DNA of 64,000 bases from Octopus vulgaris (taxonomy: Eukaryota), in the NCBI GenBank assembly GCA_951406725.2, contig OX597814.1, positions 211,110,001 through 211,174,000 on the forward strand. Reading direction: 5' to 3'. The first letter of the stretch is position 1. Each line of letters opens with the position of its first letter. A model generated the notes under the pieces. The model did not search any database and was not told the DNA's origin. It saw nothing but the letters and a program-made list of their open reading frames with translations. This document shows, piece by piece, positions 1 through 13,400 of this stretch. The position numbers and the translations under genes are program-made.

Positions 1-31
<31 letters not shown>

Positions 32-169
32 GCATAGATCTATATATTTGCATTTGAATGGATGCGTGTACATGTATTTGTGTGCACAGGTAAATAGAGA
101 GAGAGAGAGAAAGTGAGAGAGAGAGAGAGCGCGGAGAGAATGCGAGAAAGAGAAAGAACATGAATTTAT

Positions 170-400
170 AACATTATAGGTTTCTGTTGGCAAATATTAA
201 TTATAGCCTGAAAGGCAATATGATAATCGAACTCTTTTATGGCCAGCAGTTTAGGAATGTTCTTGCAATTTCTGTTTGGTAAGTGGTTGATTACATTATA
301 GAAATATTTGCGCGACATTAGTAGACCGTATACCTGGAAAACTTTAAGGTAAATAACACCTTTTATTATAGACATTATATTCTTCCCTTCGTGTTTTATT
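170..400 (-). mobile_element. Possible heavily decayed Penelope-like RT C-terminal relic
   Basis: A minus-strand frame with stops reads ...RSTNVAQIFL..., resembling the TNVAxxFL motif downstream of RT in some Penelope-like elements. Only one short motif supports this. Confidence 0.25.
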
Positions 401-3400
401 TACATTATTCCCTGGGGTAATCCTGAATTTAATTACCGTAACCTGAAATGTGTATCTTTATAATATACGACAAACCCAAACGGCATACAATTACTATAAG
501 ACAAATACAAAATTAAATGTAGAGAAATTGATTAAGCCCAATAATTTAACGATATATTGAAGAGGTGTATCAAAGAAGCTCTTCTAAAAAAATCAATTAC
601 TTTTGATACATGCAACGCTTTTACAAGAAATTGCTATCAGGGTCTAAAATAATGTTGGCAATTTTCATTCCTCTATTGCAAACCAAAACTTTTTTTAAAA
701 ATGTGATCGCAATTTTTTTATCTACGTTAGAAAATCTAGATAACGCCAGTCATTTGGTATAATACCACAGGCAAGATATTTTTTGAATATTGCGTTTTTA
801 AATAACTATGAAATAAGATGTATGAAATTACTTTGATATAATTCATATTTTATAACAAATATTTTTTGGCTCCGCTTCTTTCAATTCTAAACTACAATAA
901 TTATTTCATTATATATCGATAAACTTGTTACACTGAATATGATTGAAGTGGGAACGTGATTCTGTTATCTAGCTACCTATATCTCAAATTGCCAATGTTT
1001 CTTTATTACTCACGTTAATTAAACGCTTCTGTATGATTGCTCAACTAGCTAGAAAAAAAAAAAAACACGTAAAAATCTTTCATAAATATCACATCGTATT
1101 TTACAAAGAAATACATATAGGATAACGTGGAGAGCTCTAAAAATGTAGGAAGAGCATCATCGAAAAATGTTGTATCATACCTATGGCCAAATAGGCCGAA
1201 GTTGGCTAAACAAGACAAAGAAAAGATAAATAAATATACAATTTCACCATGTTTATACAATCAATGACAAACACGCATGTAAAGAATAATCGTGAAAATA
1301 AGGCAAATTATTTTTATGGGGTGTATTAATGGGGTATTTCTTTTACTTTATGGAATTTTCTGCAATATCGGTTTTGCTTTGGTTTGTTGTCCGTATGCTC
1401 GATTGTTGATTTCACTAGGTTTAGAACACAAGCACAGATGGATATCCGTAATGCTTAGTTACTACATTTGTGAGTCAACACAAGCATAAAATTTATGAGA
1501 AGTGAGATCCATTCCAGAGGATGATATACACGTACGTATGCACACTTGCATACACACGCACATACATGAATTTATGTATGCGAACATACCACTGCATCTT
1601 CTCCCCTCTCTCTCTCTCACTCTCACTCCCTATCTATTTATCTCTCTCTATATCTATATACATTCACAAACCTACACAAGCAGAAACTCCGAAATATCAA
1701 TATGAAGTCTCTGCATTGGTGTATATCCAAAATTAATGTAAAGTCTGCGTATTTCTTAATCCCTTATATTCGTGTTAATAAAACTATATTCAAATTCTCA
1801 GCATCCTGAAATAATGCAGATTTAAATACAGTTAAATACGTATGTCAAATATGTGTACTGCTTTTTAAAGCACAATGCTACTCTACAGCACGATTTGTTG
1901 TTTGCTGACTGATGGATTCTCACCTAGACCAGTATTGAAATATTATCGTTGTTGTGCGTGGAGATAAATTCTTATCAAAAGATATTTATCATATAAATAA
2001 TACATTACTTTTAAAAGAAATATATCCAATCCTTTCCAATACTGTTGACAGACTTAATATTTTCCTTTTACCGAATATTTATTTTATTGATTGTGCGTCT
2101 TATACAATTCCGATTTAATATTTTCAAAGAATGCATGATGAGATAATGGCAAATTCTCAATTGAAATTGCCTATTTGTTTGTTCGATGTGACTGATAGCT
2201 GACGATGAAATTAATATTCCAAAGAATTTGTGATATTTTGCCTTTTGCATGTGTATATGACATGCGGTTATTTTTTAAGAAGTTCAGTTGATTGTTGGTT
2301 TGTGTGCAATTATATGTTATCTACAACGAGGAATTAAATGCATAAATATATATGTGTGTTTGCATATGTATATGTATGTTTGCATATGTATGCATCTATA
2401 TTCATTTATGCACATGCATATATGTATATGTATGCATGTACATGTATGTATGTGTGCTTATATATTATGATGATATATATATTTATGCATGTATGTATAT
2501 GTATACTTGTATATATGTATATGTGTCTTTGTGTGCATGTTTGCGCGCGGTCCGTGTGTGTATATATGTGTGTGCGCGCACGGTTTTGTACAGAACATAA
2601 ATTGTCACCGTTTAAAAATTGGATTGTGACTGAACAGATGATTCAAGAAACTATTTACAAAGGTGAATAAAGCATATTATTGATATTTGAAATTTGATTT
2701 TTCAGTGATAAATATGGAATACGAATCAGTGGATCACATAAAATTTACCATATCTAACTGATTTTGCAAATCCTGTATATCAATTATTATGAAATGAATT
2801 TTGAAACACGAAGCTATGTATACAATTAGTATAAAATAGTATTATTCTGCTTTTTTTACGGATATTTCATTTTGATATCTTTTATAACAAGACGCAAAGT
2901 TTCGTGAGAAAAATTGCGATAACTTGTCAAAAGTGAATAATTTGGTATTGTTATTGCTATTGATGTAACGATCAATCGAAGAAAACTCTTTCCTGAAAAA
3001 TTATTGAAATATTATTTCTTTGAGCGCCGATGGCAGTTTTCGGTTTTATTGAAGTTATGATGCAATGTATTCAATGTTTTAAAACGATTTTATGAATTAT
3101 CCAATTCTTGTTTTGTTGCAAATCAACTGATTATCATATTAAATGGGCTAGCATTTAAATGTAGTTAAGCTTCAGCTGTTGGTTATGAATTTATTATACT
3201 AAATATGTTTCTTCTTACTATAGGTCATTTCTTAACAAACACCAACTAAACAATTACTGTCTTGAATCACTCCGTAATATTATTCACGTTAATGAACCCA
3301 TCGACGTATAAGCTCTATAATACACGATTTGAGGTGATTGTCACTATCTGGAAACAAATAAAACCAGATCATATTTTTATATTGCAACAGGATTATATAG

Positions 3401-3599
3401 AAATATTCAACAGTGAAATACTGATTAATCTGTCAGAGATTGTTGTAAGAAGATGCATAATTGTATGGTATATGTTAAATTTTTTAACTTCGCCCAGTTT
3501 CATAAAATCTGAGACTGTATCAATGGAACTCACATCATTTACATGCGTTATGCATACAACTTCAAATAAGATGTGCTATAAAAAATATACAGCCACACA

Positions 3600-3648
3600 C
3601 ACATTCATCTGTATATATGTATGCATATACATACATGCATACACACAG

Positions 3649-3682
<34 letters not shown>

Positions 3683-3732
3683 GTATATATATACATGTAA
3701 TATGTATTTATATATGTGCACACATATACATA

Positions 3733-3792
<60 letters not shown>

Positions 3793-3900
3793 AATATGTA
3801 TATATATATATATATATATACATGCGTACATACATTCATTCATTCATACATACATACATACAAACATACATACATACCTACATACATAGATATATACATA
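3600..3900. repeat. Compound (TA)n/(TACA)n microsatellite
   Basis: Directly visible dinucleotide and tetranucleotide runs; source of the YIYI ORFs in the ORF track. Confidence 0.95.
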
Positions 3901-4684
3901 CATGTATATGATTATGTGTGGGTGTGTGGGTAATTTCTATAGCATTTACTCTATATATATATTATTCCAGTAACAAAGAGATTGAAACCTGATAACTAAA
4001 TTCTAAAGTCATACCTGGAAATTAATCTCCTAATATAAAATACATTTAATACCTACTCGAATCTGGTTATACCTTGAAGCATATATTCTTATACTACAAT
4101 AAGTTTTTCCATTGAATAATGTATTGTGTTCCTAAAATATCATTCAAAAGTAGATTAAAATATAATTTGCACTATGAAACTGAATGGCATCTTAAAAATT
4201 ATTTGGATATTTCGAGATTGCTTGATCCAAATGAATTGTTTGGTTATAATAACTGTTATGTCGCACGTTCGGATGCTTTCTTCTCAACGCGACTCGACTC
4301 TCTACTCCTCTTGACTCTAGTTTCTTCTGCTACTCTCCTCTCACCGCCAACCTCTGTATCTACGTATTGGGCTAGTCTAATTCATCGTCTGTGGGCGTCG
4401 ACACAACAATAACTAAACAAAGTTTGGGGTGTTTACATTATAGGGCAACTGTTGCATTTCATATAATTATAAACTGAATTTGTCTTAATCACACAGTCTA
4501 TTTTGCAACTGACAATCTGAGCGAGCGTATGTTAGAACGAAAACAAATTAAAGATATTCCAAGAAAACTTGGAACAAGAACTTAGAAATTGAACAACTAA
4601 GCTACCCTTTAAAAGACAAATGCTCTCTCTATCTCTCTTTCTCGCTCTCATTCTCTGTATGTATATCTGTCCCTTTTTTTGACG

Positions 4685-4962
<278 letters not shown>

Positions 4963-5155
4963 GGGAGAATTATCAGAAAAAGCACAAGACGAAGACAGGT
5001 ATTGTAGAAAACAAACAAATGTATTAGTATAACGCTTGGGAATTGAAAAAGTCTTTTACGTTTCGAGCCTACGCTCTTCCACAGAAATGAACATAGAAAG
5101 AAATAAGGAGAGAAACAAGGAGAGAAAAATTGCGTAGTGGCTACCTATCTATCAT
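4963..5155 (-). mobile_element. Short non-coding Penelope pLTR-like element with variant hammerhead motif, abutting (TA)n
   Basis: Minus strand 5052-5088: TTT CTGTGGA A GAGC-gtag-GCTC GAAA CG TA AAA. Stem II and GAAA-CG-TA are intact; the CUGANGA core is altered. Confidence 0.55.
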
Positions 5156-5211
5156 ATATATATCAGCATCATGCTTCTATGTATGAGGATCTTATTGTTT
5201 TGAGTGCAAGC

Positions 5212-5262
<51 letters not shown>

Positions 5263-5811
5263 CATTTTATGCTTGTTTTGTTTATGTAATTTATATTATT
5301 ACATTAGGAATACAGAGTATTCGTTGAAACTGTTTGGAGATATGTTTCTCTAGACATATCTTTCAAGGAAGAGAAACAATAACATATCACTATCCATATT
5401 GCCAATTTTCGGTTTTGTTCTTTGTCTTATATCCTGAACATTCTCATTATAGACATGTATAATAGATGTGTATTTTTATGAGTTCCTCATGTTTTATCAG
5501 TAAACGCTTATTTCTTATTTTGGCTCACTCGAATTATTTCGTCTCGTAAAATCTGGTTATGTGACGCTATTTAATTCTTTATGTACATGTGATAAACTAA
5601 TGCAATTTATATTCCTTGATTTTCTTTGTTTTCTCTGAATACATCCGGAATGAAAAATAGAATATTTCGAAAATGACAGTGATATTGACGGTAGAACTGT
5701 AACTTATATTATCAAATATATATATGTATGTGTGTGTGTGTGTGTGTGTGTGCGTGTGTGTGTGTATGTGTGTCGATATATATATATATTGTTATATGTA
5801 TATATATATAC

Positions 5812-6350
5812 ATATTGCACATCTGTTCCATTGATGCAGTCTTCCTGTTGGAATACCGCTGAACTAACTCAAGTTCCGCTTTTAATTTGACGATGCGGGA
5901 TGTCCACATCTGACAGCGGTTATCCAGACAGTTAAGAAAACATGTCCTTCATGGAACCATTATAATAGCCAGATGCTTTTTTTCTGAAAGTTCTCAGCAT
6001 TCATCCGGCCATTCACCTGACATTGCTACCATCTTAGTGATATGCATCTAAAATGTGGCGTTGTTGCTCATATCAATCCCCAGATCAGCCATTGTGCGTG
6101 ACTACTGATTACTTCTCGTTTTGGTCTAAATCACCTTCTTGCAGCATCTTAGAACTAGCTCTCTCTCTCTCTCTCTCTCTCTCGTTCAAAACTACTGCAT
6201 ATGTCATGCATGCTTGTCATAATATTCTGTAGCTTTATGTCCATCATTTGCAGAGAAAGATTTGTAGATGAGTTGCTCCATGATCGATTTCTGTAGAGTC
6301 TTCCAATCAGCATTAGAAAGATGCAGGCTCGAATTTGATGGCTTGTAGCA
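5812..6350 (-). mobile_element. Degenerate CR1-group LINE ORF2 fragment
   Basis: Minus-strand translation with stops and frameshifts gives DLGIDMSNNATF.HITKMV / MLRTFRKK / LDNRCQMWTSRIVKLKAELELVQR, matching the post-RT CR1 pattern DLG...F..HI...ILRTF...LDYC...W......ELE.VQR. Confidence 0.7.
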
Positions 6351-6444
6351 GCTTGCATATCTGCAAATTTCTGCGTGCATACATACATACATACATACAT
6401 ACACACAAGACACAGACATATATATACATGTGTGTGTGGATTGC

Positions 6445-7115
6445 CATGTCGCACGAAGACAGTTTTTATTATGAGCGGAAATAATGAGTGATATGAAGGC
6501 TTTATTGCAGTTTTGGCTGCTATTTTTAACATGTAAGCAATTTTAACCCTCTTAATTACAATTGTGACGTTCATAATTACAAACGTATTCTTAATATTTC
6601 ATGATAACATGCTTAGCCATTGATATATTCATAAACAATCTTAATAATTTATAATATATCATTCGCAATGTCTTTACATTACTTTTTACTTATTTAAATT
6701 TTCGTAACTCATATCTTGTGATTTTACCTAGATTCGAAATTGCCTGTCTTTTAATATAAACGCTGTGCATGGCAGTTGAAGTCAAAACTTGATTGTGTAG
6801 ATAGAGATGAAAACATTTCTATTGCTGGTCGGGATTCACGTTAGCCCCAAGGTAATGTCTGGTTTTGATTTCTATCTATAGGAATATTTCCCCTGACGAG
6901 GCGAATGGATCCATTAAGTGGTCCCTAAAGCCAAAATTGCAATTGGGAATCAACCAATTCTTTTCAAGAGCTGGATTCTATTTGTCATGTCACCCGAAGA
7001 CAGTTTTTATCGAGAGAAGAAATAATATAAATGATATAATGGCTTTATAGCAGTGTTGGCTGCTATTTGTAACATGTAAGCGTTTTTTAACCCTCTTTGT
7101 TATAGTTGTGACTTG
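6445..7115 (+). repeat. Diverged direct repeat (~130 bp units at ~6445-6570 and ~6987-7115) bracketing a hammerhead motif; pLTR/retrozyme-like
   Basis: Both units read GAAGACAGTTTTTAT...ATAAT...GGCTTTAT.GCAGT.TTGGCTGCTATTT.TAACATGTAAGC..TTTTAACCCTCT; period about 550 bp. Confidence 0.75.
6888..6949 (+). ncRNA. Type I hammerhead ribozyme motif, one core mutation (GAAA to AAAA)
   Basis: TTCCC CTGACGA GGC...GCC AAAA TTGCAA T T GGGAA: 5-bp stem I, canonical CUGACGA, stem II, palindromic stem III; G12 replaced by A. Confidence 0.75.
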
Positions 7116-9585
7116 TTCATAAACGTTTATAATTTATATATTTTATATATATATATATACATATGTATATGCATATATATAAATATATATATATATATAT
7201 TCATTTCATTTTCTTTTTCATCTAGTTTCAACTCACGAACTGTGGCAATGCTGGGGAAGTGATATCTGTATATGTATATATATATATGTGTGTATGTGTG
7301 TGAGTTGTGTGTGTGTGCGCGTATGTACGGTGTGGATATCCCACAAATAACACGTGTAAATTTTGAAGCGGAGCAAAGTTCGGATTCTACCAAGCGAAAT
7401 CATTCGTACGCTGTGTGTATTCGTAATGCATATTCTGCATGAATGCTCTATCATTTACCCCTCCTACACGTCGTTCACTCATACCGTCTCTCTCACTGTG
7501 TATGCATAACATTCTTTTACTCATTACCTACTATGGGCTGTGATTTTGCACCACTTATTTCAACTGCCACCTTGTCTCTCATTTACTCTTTTCCCCTCCT
7601 TGTACAATGTTAGTCGTGACTAACAGCAATAAACAAGTAGTTAATGAAAAGTAAGGTCTGCTATTATCTTTTATGTAAGCTGCCAATGGTTTCTCATAAG
7701 AAGTGGATTCTGCTCAAGTTCTAAAATTCCCAACATAACATACTGCAATGCTCCGTGGTAGAAAAGAAAATGAAGTAAACAAGATACATACAGAAGAGTA
7801 TTTTAGATATCATGAACCAACAATTCATACTATGCTGATTACATTGTAAAGACACAAGGTATAAACCCAAAGGATGAGCTACGTTATAGAGTTTCTTTCA
7901 CAAGATATTAAGTTGTATAGATACTTCACAAGCACAAGTATGGATCATTTATCTATAAATTCTCCAGCTTTGTATCAACAATGATAATCTTTATAAAGTT
8001 GTCGTTCTGCAAAACCTTGTTCGTGGCCTTAAAAACAATACTGCCTAGAATTTTGTAATGAAAAAACATGATACAGTAAAAAGTAACGGAGAAAACAATA
8101 ATGAGAAAATGAAGACAAGACACGCACCCAACATAATAAGAAAGAAAGTAACATCTAAAAAAACTGGCTGAAATATGTGAACATTTTTTTTTTTTTGAGA
8201 AGGAAATTTCTAGAAAATGATTTGTAATTCGCATGAAAGCAATTGATTTGACCATTATGTATCGGTCCTCACATACGCATATATTTTTCTAGGATTTATC
8301 AATTTCTTTGACATTACAAGGAGAGATTGGACAGCTGCATTATTTTAGTTGTTGTTTTTCTTATTCTATTTTTTAAGAATTTCTTTATGTTTTTTGATGA
8401 TTTGGTCTGTAATGCTGCAAAGTATAGGCAAGGAGCAAATCGGGCATACTTATGTGTGTGTGCTTGCTTCTCTCTCTCTGTCTCGCTCTCGCTCTCTCCT
8501 ACTTTCTCTCACACTCTCTCTCATTCTTTCTATCTGTCTCAATATACATATACATATATACACACGCAGACACACATATTCGCACATACGCACATTCACA
8601 CACGCATATCGATATAAAAATGCAAATAATCAGAAAATGGTGAAAAACTCAGATTAACAAACACATCGATTGGACCACAGTTATAGCTTTTTTTTTTTAT
8701 ACAAAGCATGACGTTACAAAAAATTTGACGTAGCATATCTTACGGCCGTTTCCGATCGGTTGCCGTAATGCTGTCTATAAATAAATAGGAGATTAAAAGT
8801 TCTACATCTTCATAGGGCATTCGAATTAAGCCAACACAGCTTCATCAGAGTAAAAACAAAAAAGAGTATACAATATAAACAAAGGGAAGAATGACAAGTA
8901 AAGAAAATATTCCTAGACAAATCGTTTAGAAGCCCAATATGTTACATATGTGGACATACATACAGACATACATACATATATATACGTACGTACAGCGTAT
9001 GTGCACATGTGAGCGTATGTGTGTATTTAGGATAAATGTTACAGCAGAGGTTGCAGGAGAGAGAGATGGAGATAAATACGCTATTAGATCGCTGCCAGCA
9101 TTATTGTCTTAATATCTGACAGTTATTTACTGTTTATGTACTTAGGCAATGTAGATGTATCGTAAGCGAAGTCGTAAATTACCCTACGTTTCTAAGTAGA
9201 AATACATTGCTGGCTATTTCTTTTATATCTACAAAATAATCTTATTCTAGCTGCTGAAAACTTACGTAGGCAAGTGACACAGGAAAATGTCCAACACCAA
9301 AATATATTGACACTTGATATCACTAAGATACAAGCAAATTGTTACAATAATTAAACTCTTAATAACCTGTAAATAATGTACTTTTTCTTTACTTAAACGA
9401 TTTTCCTGACATTAACGTTTAATCTAGAATAATATTTCTAGCTCTTTCCCACATCTTACAACACCGTTGATACGAGCATAAAATATATCGGTATACATAC
9501 GTACATACAAATATACACATGCATACATTCGTGTATGGATGTATGAATGTATATATATATGTATATATATGCTCATATAGGCATT

Positions 9586-9626
<41 letters not shown>

Positions 9627-9769
9627 TCATATATATATATATATGCTCATATAGCCACACATTTTATATTTATACTTATATATATATGTGTGTATGCATA
9701 AATATATATACACACACATATTTATATACACTTATGTATTTGTACAAATACGTATTCTTTTATACTTTT

Positions 9770-10099
9770 ATGTATTTCAATCATTTGATTGCGGCCATGC
9801 TGGAGCACCAGCTTTAGTCAACCCTAGGGCTTATTCTTTGTAAGTCTTTATACTTACCCTATCGTTCTCTTTTGCAGAACCGCTAAGTTACAGGGTCGTA
9901 AACACCAGCATCGTTTGTCAAGTGATGTTGGAGCGACAAACATAGGCACGCAAACATATACATACATATAAATATATATACGATGGGCTTCATTCAGTTT
10001 CCCAAATCCATTCACAAGGCCCGAGACTATAGCAGAAAATACCCAAGGTTCTACGGACTGAACTAGGAACCATGTGGTTGGTAAGGAAGCTATTTACCA

Positions 10100-10100
<1 letters not shown>
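9770..10100 (-). mobile_element. Degenerate copy of tRNA-derived SINE family A
   Basis: Contains GCGGCCATGCTGGAGCACC, CAGAACCGCTAAGT and GGAACCATGTGGTTGG blocks shared with the copies at 37.3, 40.2, 50.4 and 54.3 kb. Confidence 0.85.
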
Positions 10101-10410
<310 letters not shown>

Positions 10411-12533
10411 ACATATGATTATGCTTCGCTAGTCAAAATACACTTTCATTCTTCACTTGATTGCGCATTTCTCTCCCATTCGAACATGACGCTTTCCCAT
10501 CTTGCTAGACGTCTTCCTCGTGATCGATTTTCTTCTCTTGAACTCTATACGACAAATAGTTTATCTTTTCATCGCTCTCTCTCTCTCCCTCCCTCTCGCT
10601 CTCTCTACCCCCACTCTCTCTGTATGAATATATATATACGTGTGTGTTTATTTGAGATCAATGTTCTCTTACCACTATCATAATTCATTGTATATTTCAA
10701 AGTTATTATGCACGATGACTAATTCTTTATAAATCTATAAAGTTGTTGCTTTACTCCTTATTATTCGCCAAGGCTTTGAGATACGTAACTTCATACCTCT
10801 CAGAGCAACAACGAATCAGGGGTTCATCAAATATAGGATGTTTCAGAGGAAAGACTGGATATACCAATCAGCTTGAACAGTTTTAATAAATTTGTCGGCA
10901 GATGATTCTTGAAAAAAATTCGTTGTGTGCTGCTTCCAAAACCAACGGCAACTATGTTCTTTGATGGGGTTTTTGTCAGTGTCTTTTAAGTCAAGTGTGA
11001 TTATCATGCTAATGTTTTTATTTCTACTTACTAGTTTGGCTTGCTAGATAAACAGGCCACTTCTTAGGTATGACAGCTCGCACTTCGTCGAACAATGGAC
11101 ATTGAAACACCTGTTATTAATTAAAATATAGGTGAAACTTATTTTCAACAAACTGTATAGGGGTTGTCGAAAATGTAACTGCTTTATGATCTTCCTGCCA
11201 GATTACTTCCTGTTCTGGTTTTTTCTTGAAGCACACGAAATGCATATCATGTTGAATCAAACATAATCTCTCCCTAAATAGTTAATATCTTTATGCCCAC
11301 AGCATATACGGGGCTGCTGTATTTGGTAAGAGGAAGTTTCCAGAGACTCATTTCTGATTTGGATATTAATTAAGTAGTTAAAACTATGCAAATTATTATC
11401 AACGGCTGTTATTTGACAGCGTAAAAACAGCGAAAGCCCATTATTGTCGGTCGTTTGACACAAGTTATCCAGACACTAACCAGCTATCCGTCACCTAATA
11501 TTTCTGTGTGAAAGTGGGTGTGGCATATGGTGCATTTACACGTTGCAGATGGACACATATCGTTTTTAGTAGACGTAATGAATACAAATGCTTCTGCACG
11601 TAAAGTCTCCGGCGTTTTCATATGTCCGTTCGTGACGAAAGTAAGGACCCTCCATTATTGTCACGTTTGTACCAAGCAATTACTCAATATGTCAGTGAAT
11701 TGCTGGCATATAACGGCTTCCACATTCCCGTCCTGAAATGTTCATGAAAACATGAAAACATAAAACAAGAAAAAAGAGGCCAGTTCGATTGAGTTTTCCA
11801 TTCTCAAAAGTTCAAGTGATCAGGCATGAACATTCATGGATATGAGGATGAACGACGAAAAGTTGATTAATTATATATTAAAACCCATGCAAAGTCAATA
11901 AAACTCTCATATTGCTCTGTGTGTGTATGCGTGTGTGACTGAACCTCTGTGTGTGTGCGTACGTGAGTTCAGTGTGTGTGTGTTACGGCCTACACTACTA
12001 GGCAGTGGTTTTGAATTTACTGTGATTTACATCAATATCGCAGCATATCTATCATCATTTATTTACTTCTTTCCATTTTGGTAAGACCTGAAAATTAAAT
12101 AAATTATACGAATATATTGCATAATCTTTGGGATATTGCGCGTCTATACATCCCTAATTCTATGATATGTCGCAAAAATAATTCTAAGTGAAACATCTGT
12201 AGATATACCGTAAAATCCATACGTTCCCTTCAAGGTTTGCTTTAAATTTGAAAACTATTGGATTTAGGGGATACTAAACGCCGATAAAATTCCCTTCATC
12301 GATGCATTCTTTGTTATCATTTTATCTCTTCATTTGTGTCATACTGTCTCACTATCAAATATAGCTTGCTTCGCTTTGATTAGCCTCGTTCTATTCAATA
12401 GATCGACATTAGAACTCTCTCTATCTCTGTGTGCCTAAAGACAGATCGATAGAGAGAAGACAGACAGATAGATAGATACATGGATAGGTAGATAGCACAG
12501 AGAGACACATAAACAGATAGACATACAGTAGAC

Positions 12534-12534
<1 letters not shown>

Positions 12535-12630
<96 letters not shown>
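12535..12630. repeat. (GATA)n microsatellite
   Basis: Directly visible. Confidence 0.95.
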
Positions 12631-12631
<1 letters not shown>

Positions 12632-12882
12632 AGAGATAGATATTAGTCTGTTGATTTTACAAGGATTATTTACAGTGGCTAGGCGCAAGTCGATATTATA
12701 TGAATTGATAATAGTGTCAAAGCAGATATATCGGCATAACATCTGATAAATGATGATATGTGACCTTCAATGAGAACACGTCTATGATTTGACGTACGAA
12801 AATTCATTGAAATTACAAGGAAATTCAGTAACTTTCCTCAGGAATAATGGAAAATAATATGGAAAGAATACTTAGCAAATTT

Positions 12883-12975
12883 TCATACGTAAACAGTGTC
12901 ATCAAACTACGCATGTACATTAGGTGTCACAGTGATGGTTGTGGACTCACCTGCAAAGAGAAAACGAAAAATAAT
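12883..12975 (-). other. Strong 3' splice site directly followed by a consensus 5' splice site (candidate recursive splice site or exon start)
   Basis: Minus strand TTATTTTTCGTTTTCTCTTTGCAG|GTGAGT (junction 12951/12950); a further donor-like AC|GTATGA at 12889/12888. Confidence 0.45.
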
Positions 12976-13089
12976 ATAAAAACCATAATATAAGCACTTA
13001 AATGTATAGTAAAATATAAAAATATACTTGTGTCTATGTAGGAATATATGAATGTATAAAAATATGTATACTGATACACACACACACAT

Positions 13090-13122
<33 letters not shown>

Positions 13123-13141
13123 AACTCGCATATTTATACGT

Positions 13142-13400
13142 GTCACTAAAGTGACAGACGGTGCAGAGTTGTACCAGAATTGCTGGAAATAACAGTCAAT
13201 CCAATCCGACTTGCTAATTACAGGAGCGCTATCTTAAACTGACAAAAGAGACAAAACATCTACGGTCACAGATATTGCCATATCACCGGTGATATGAAGA
13301 AAACCATCTTAATTCTCATTGGTGACTCTAACCGCGCCTAGGGTTCAGCTAACTAACCTTGCCAACTTATAAGAACATCTGTTGAAATCACGCGCTGATT
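13142..13400 (-). mobile_element. Old copy of a short repeat family (also ~50.9-51.3, ~52.97-53.18, ~56.55-56.81 kb) with a decayed hammerhead
   Basis: CACTAAAGTGAC.GACGGTG...CCAG.ATTGCT..AAATAA.AGTCAA is shared with 56547-56600. Minus 13277-13326 reads GTCA CCAATGA GAA..TTC ATA TCACCGGTGA TA TGGC (decayed core, palindromic stem III). Confidence 0.55.

Noticed and set aside
8815-8855. Minus-strand CTGATGA followed by AGC...GCT hairpin
   Set aside because: No GAAA, stem III or stem I partner; not called a hammerhead.
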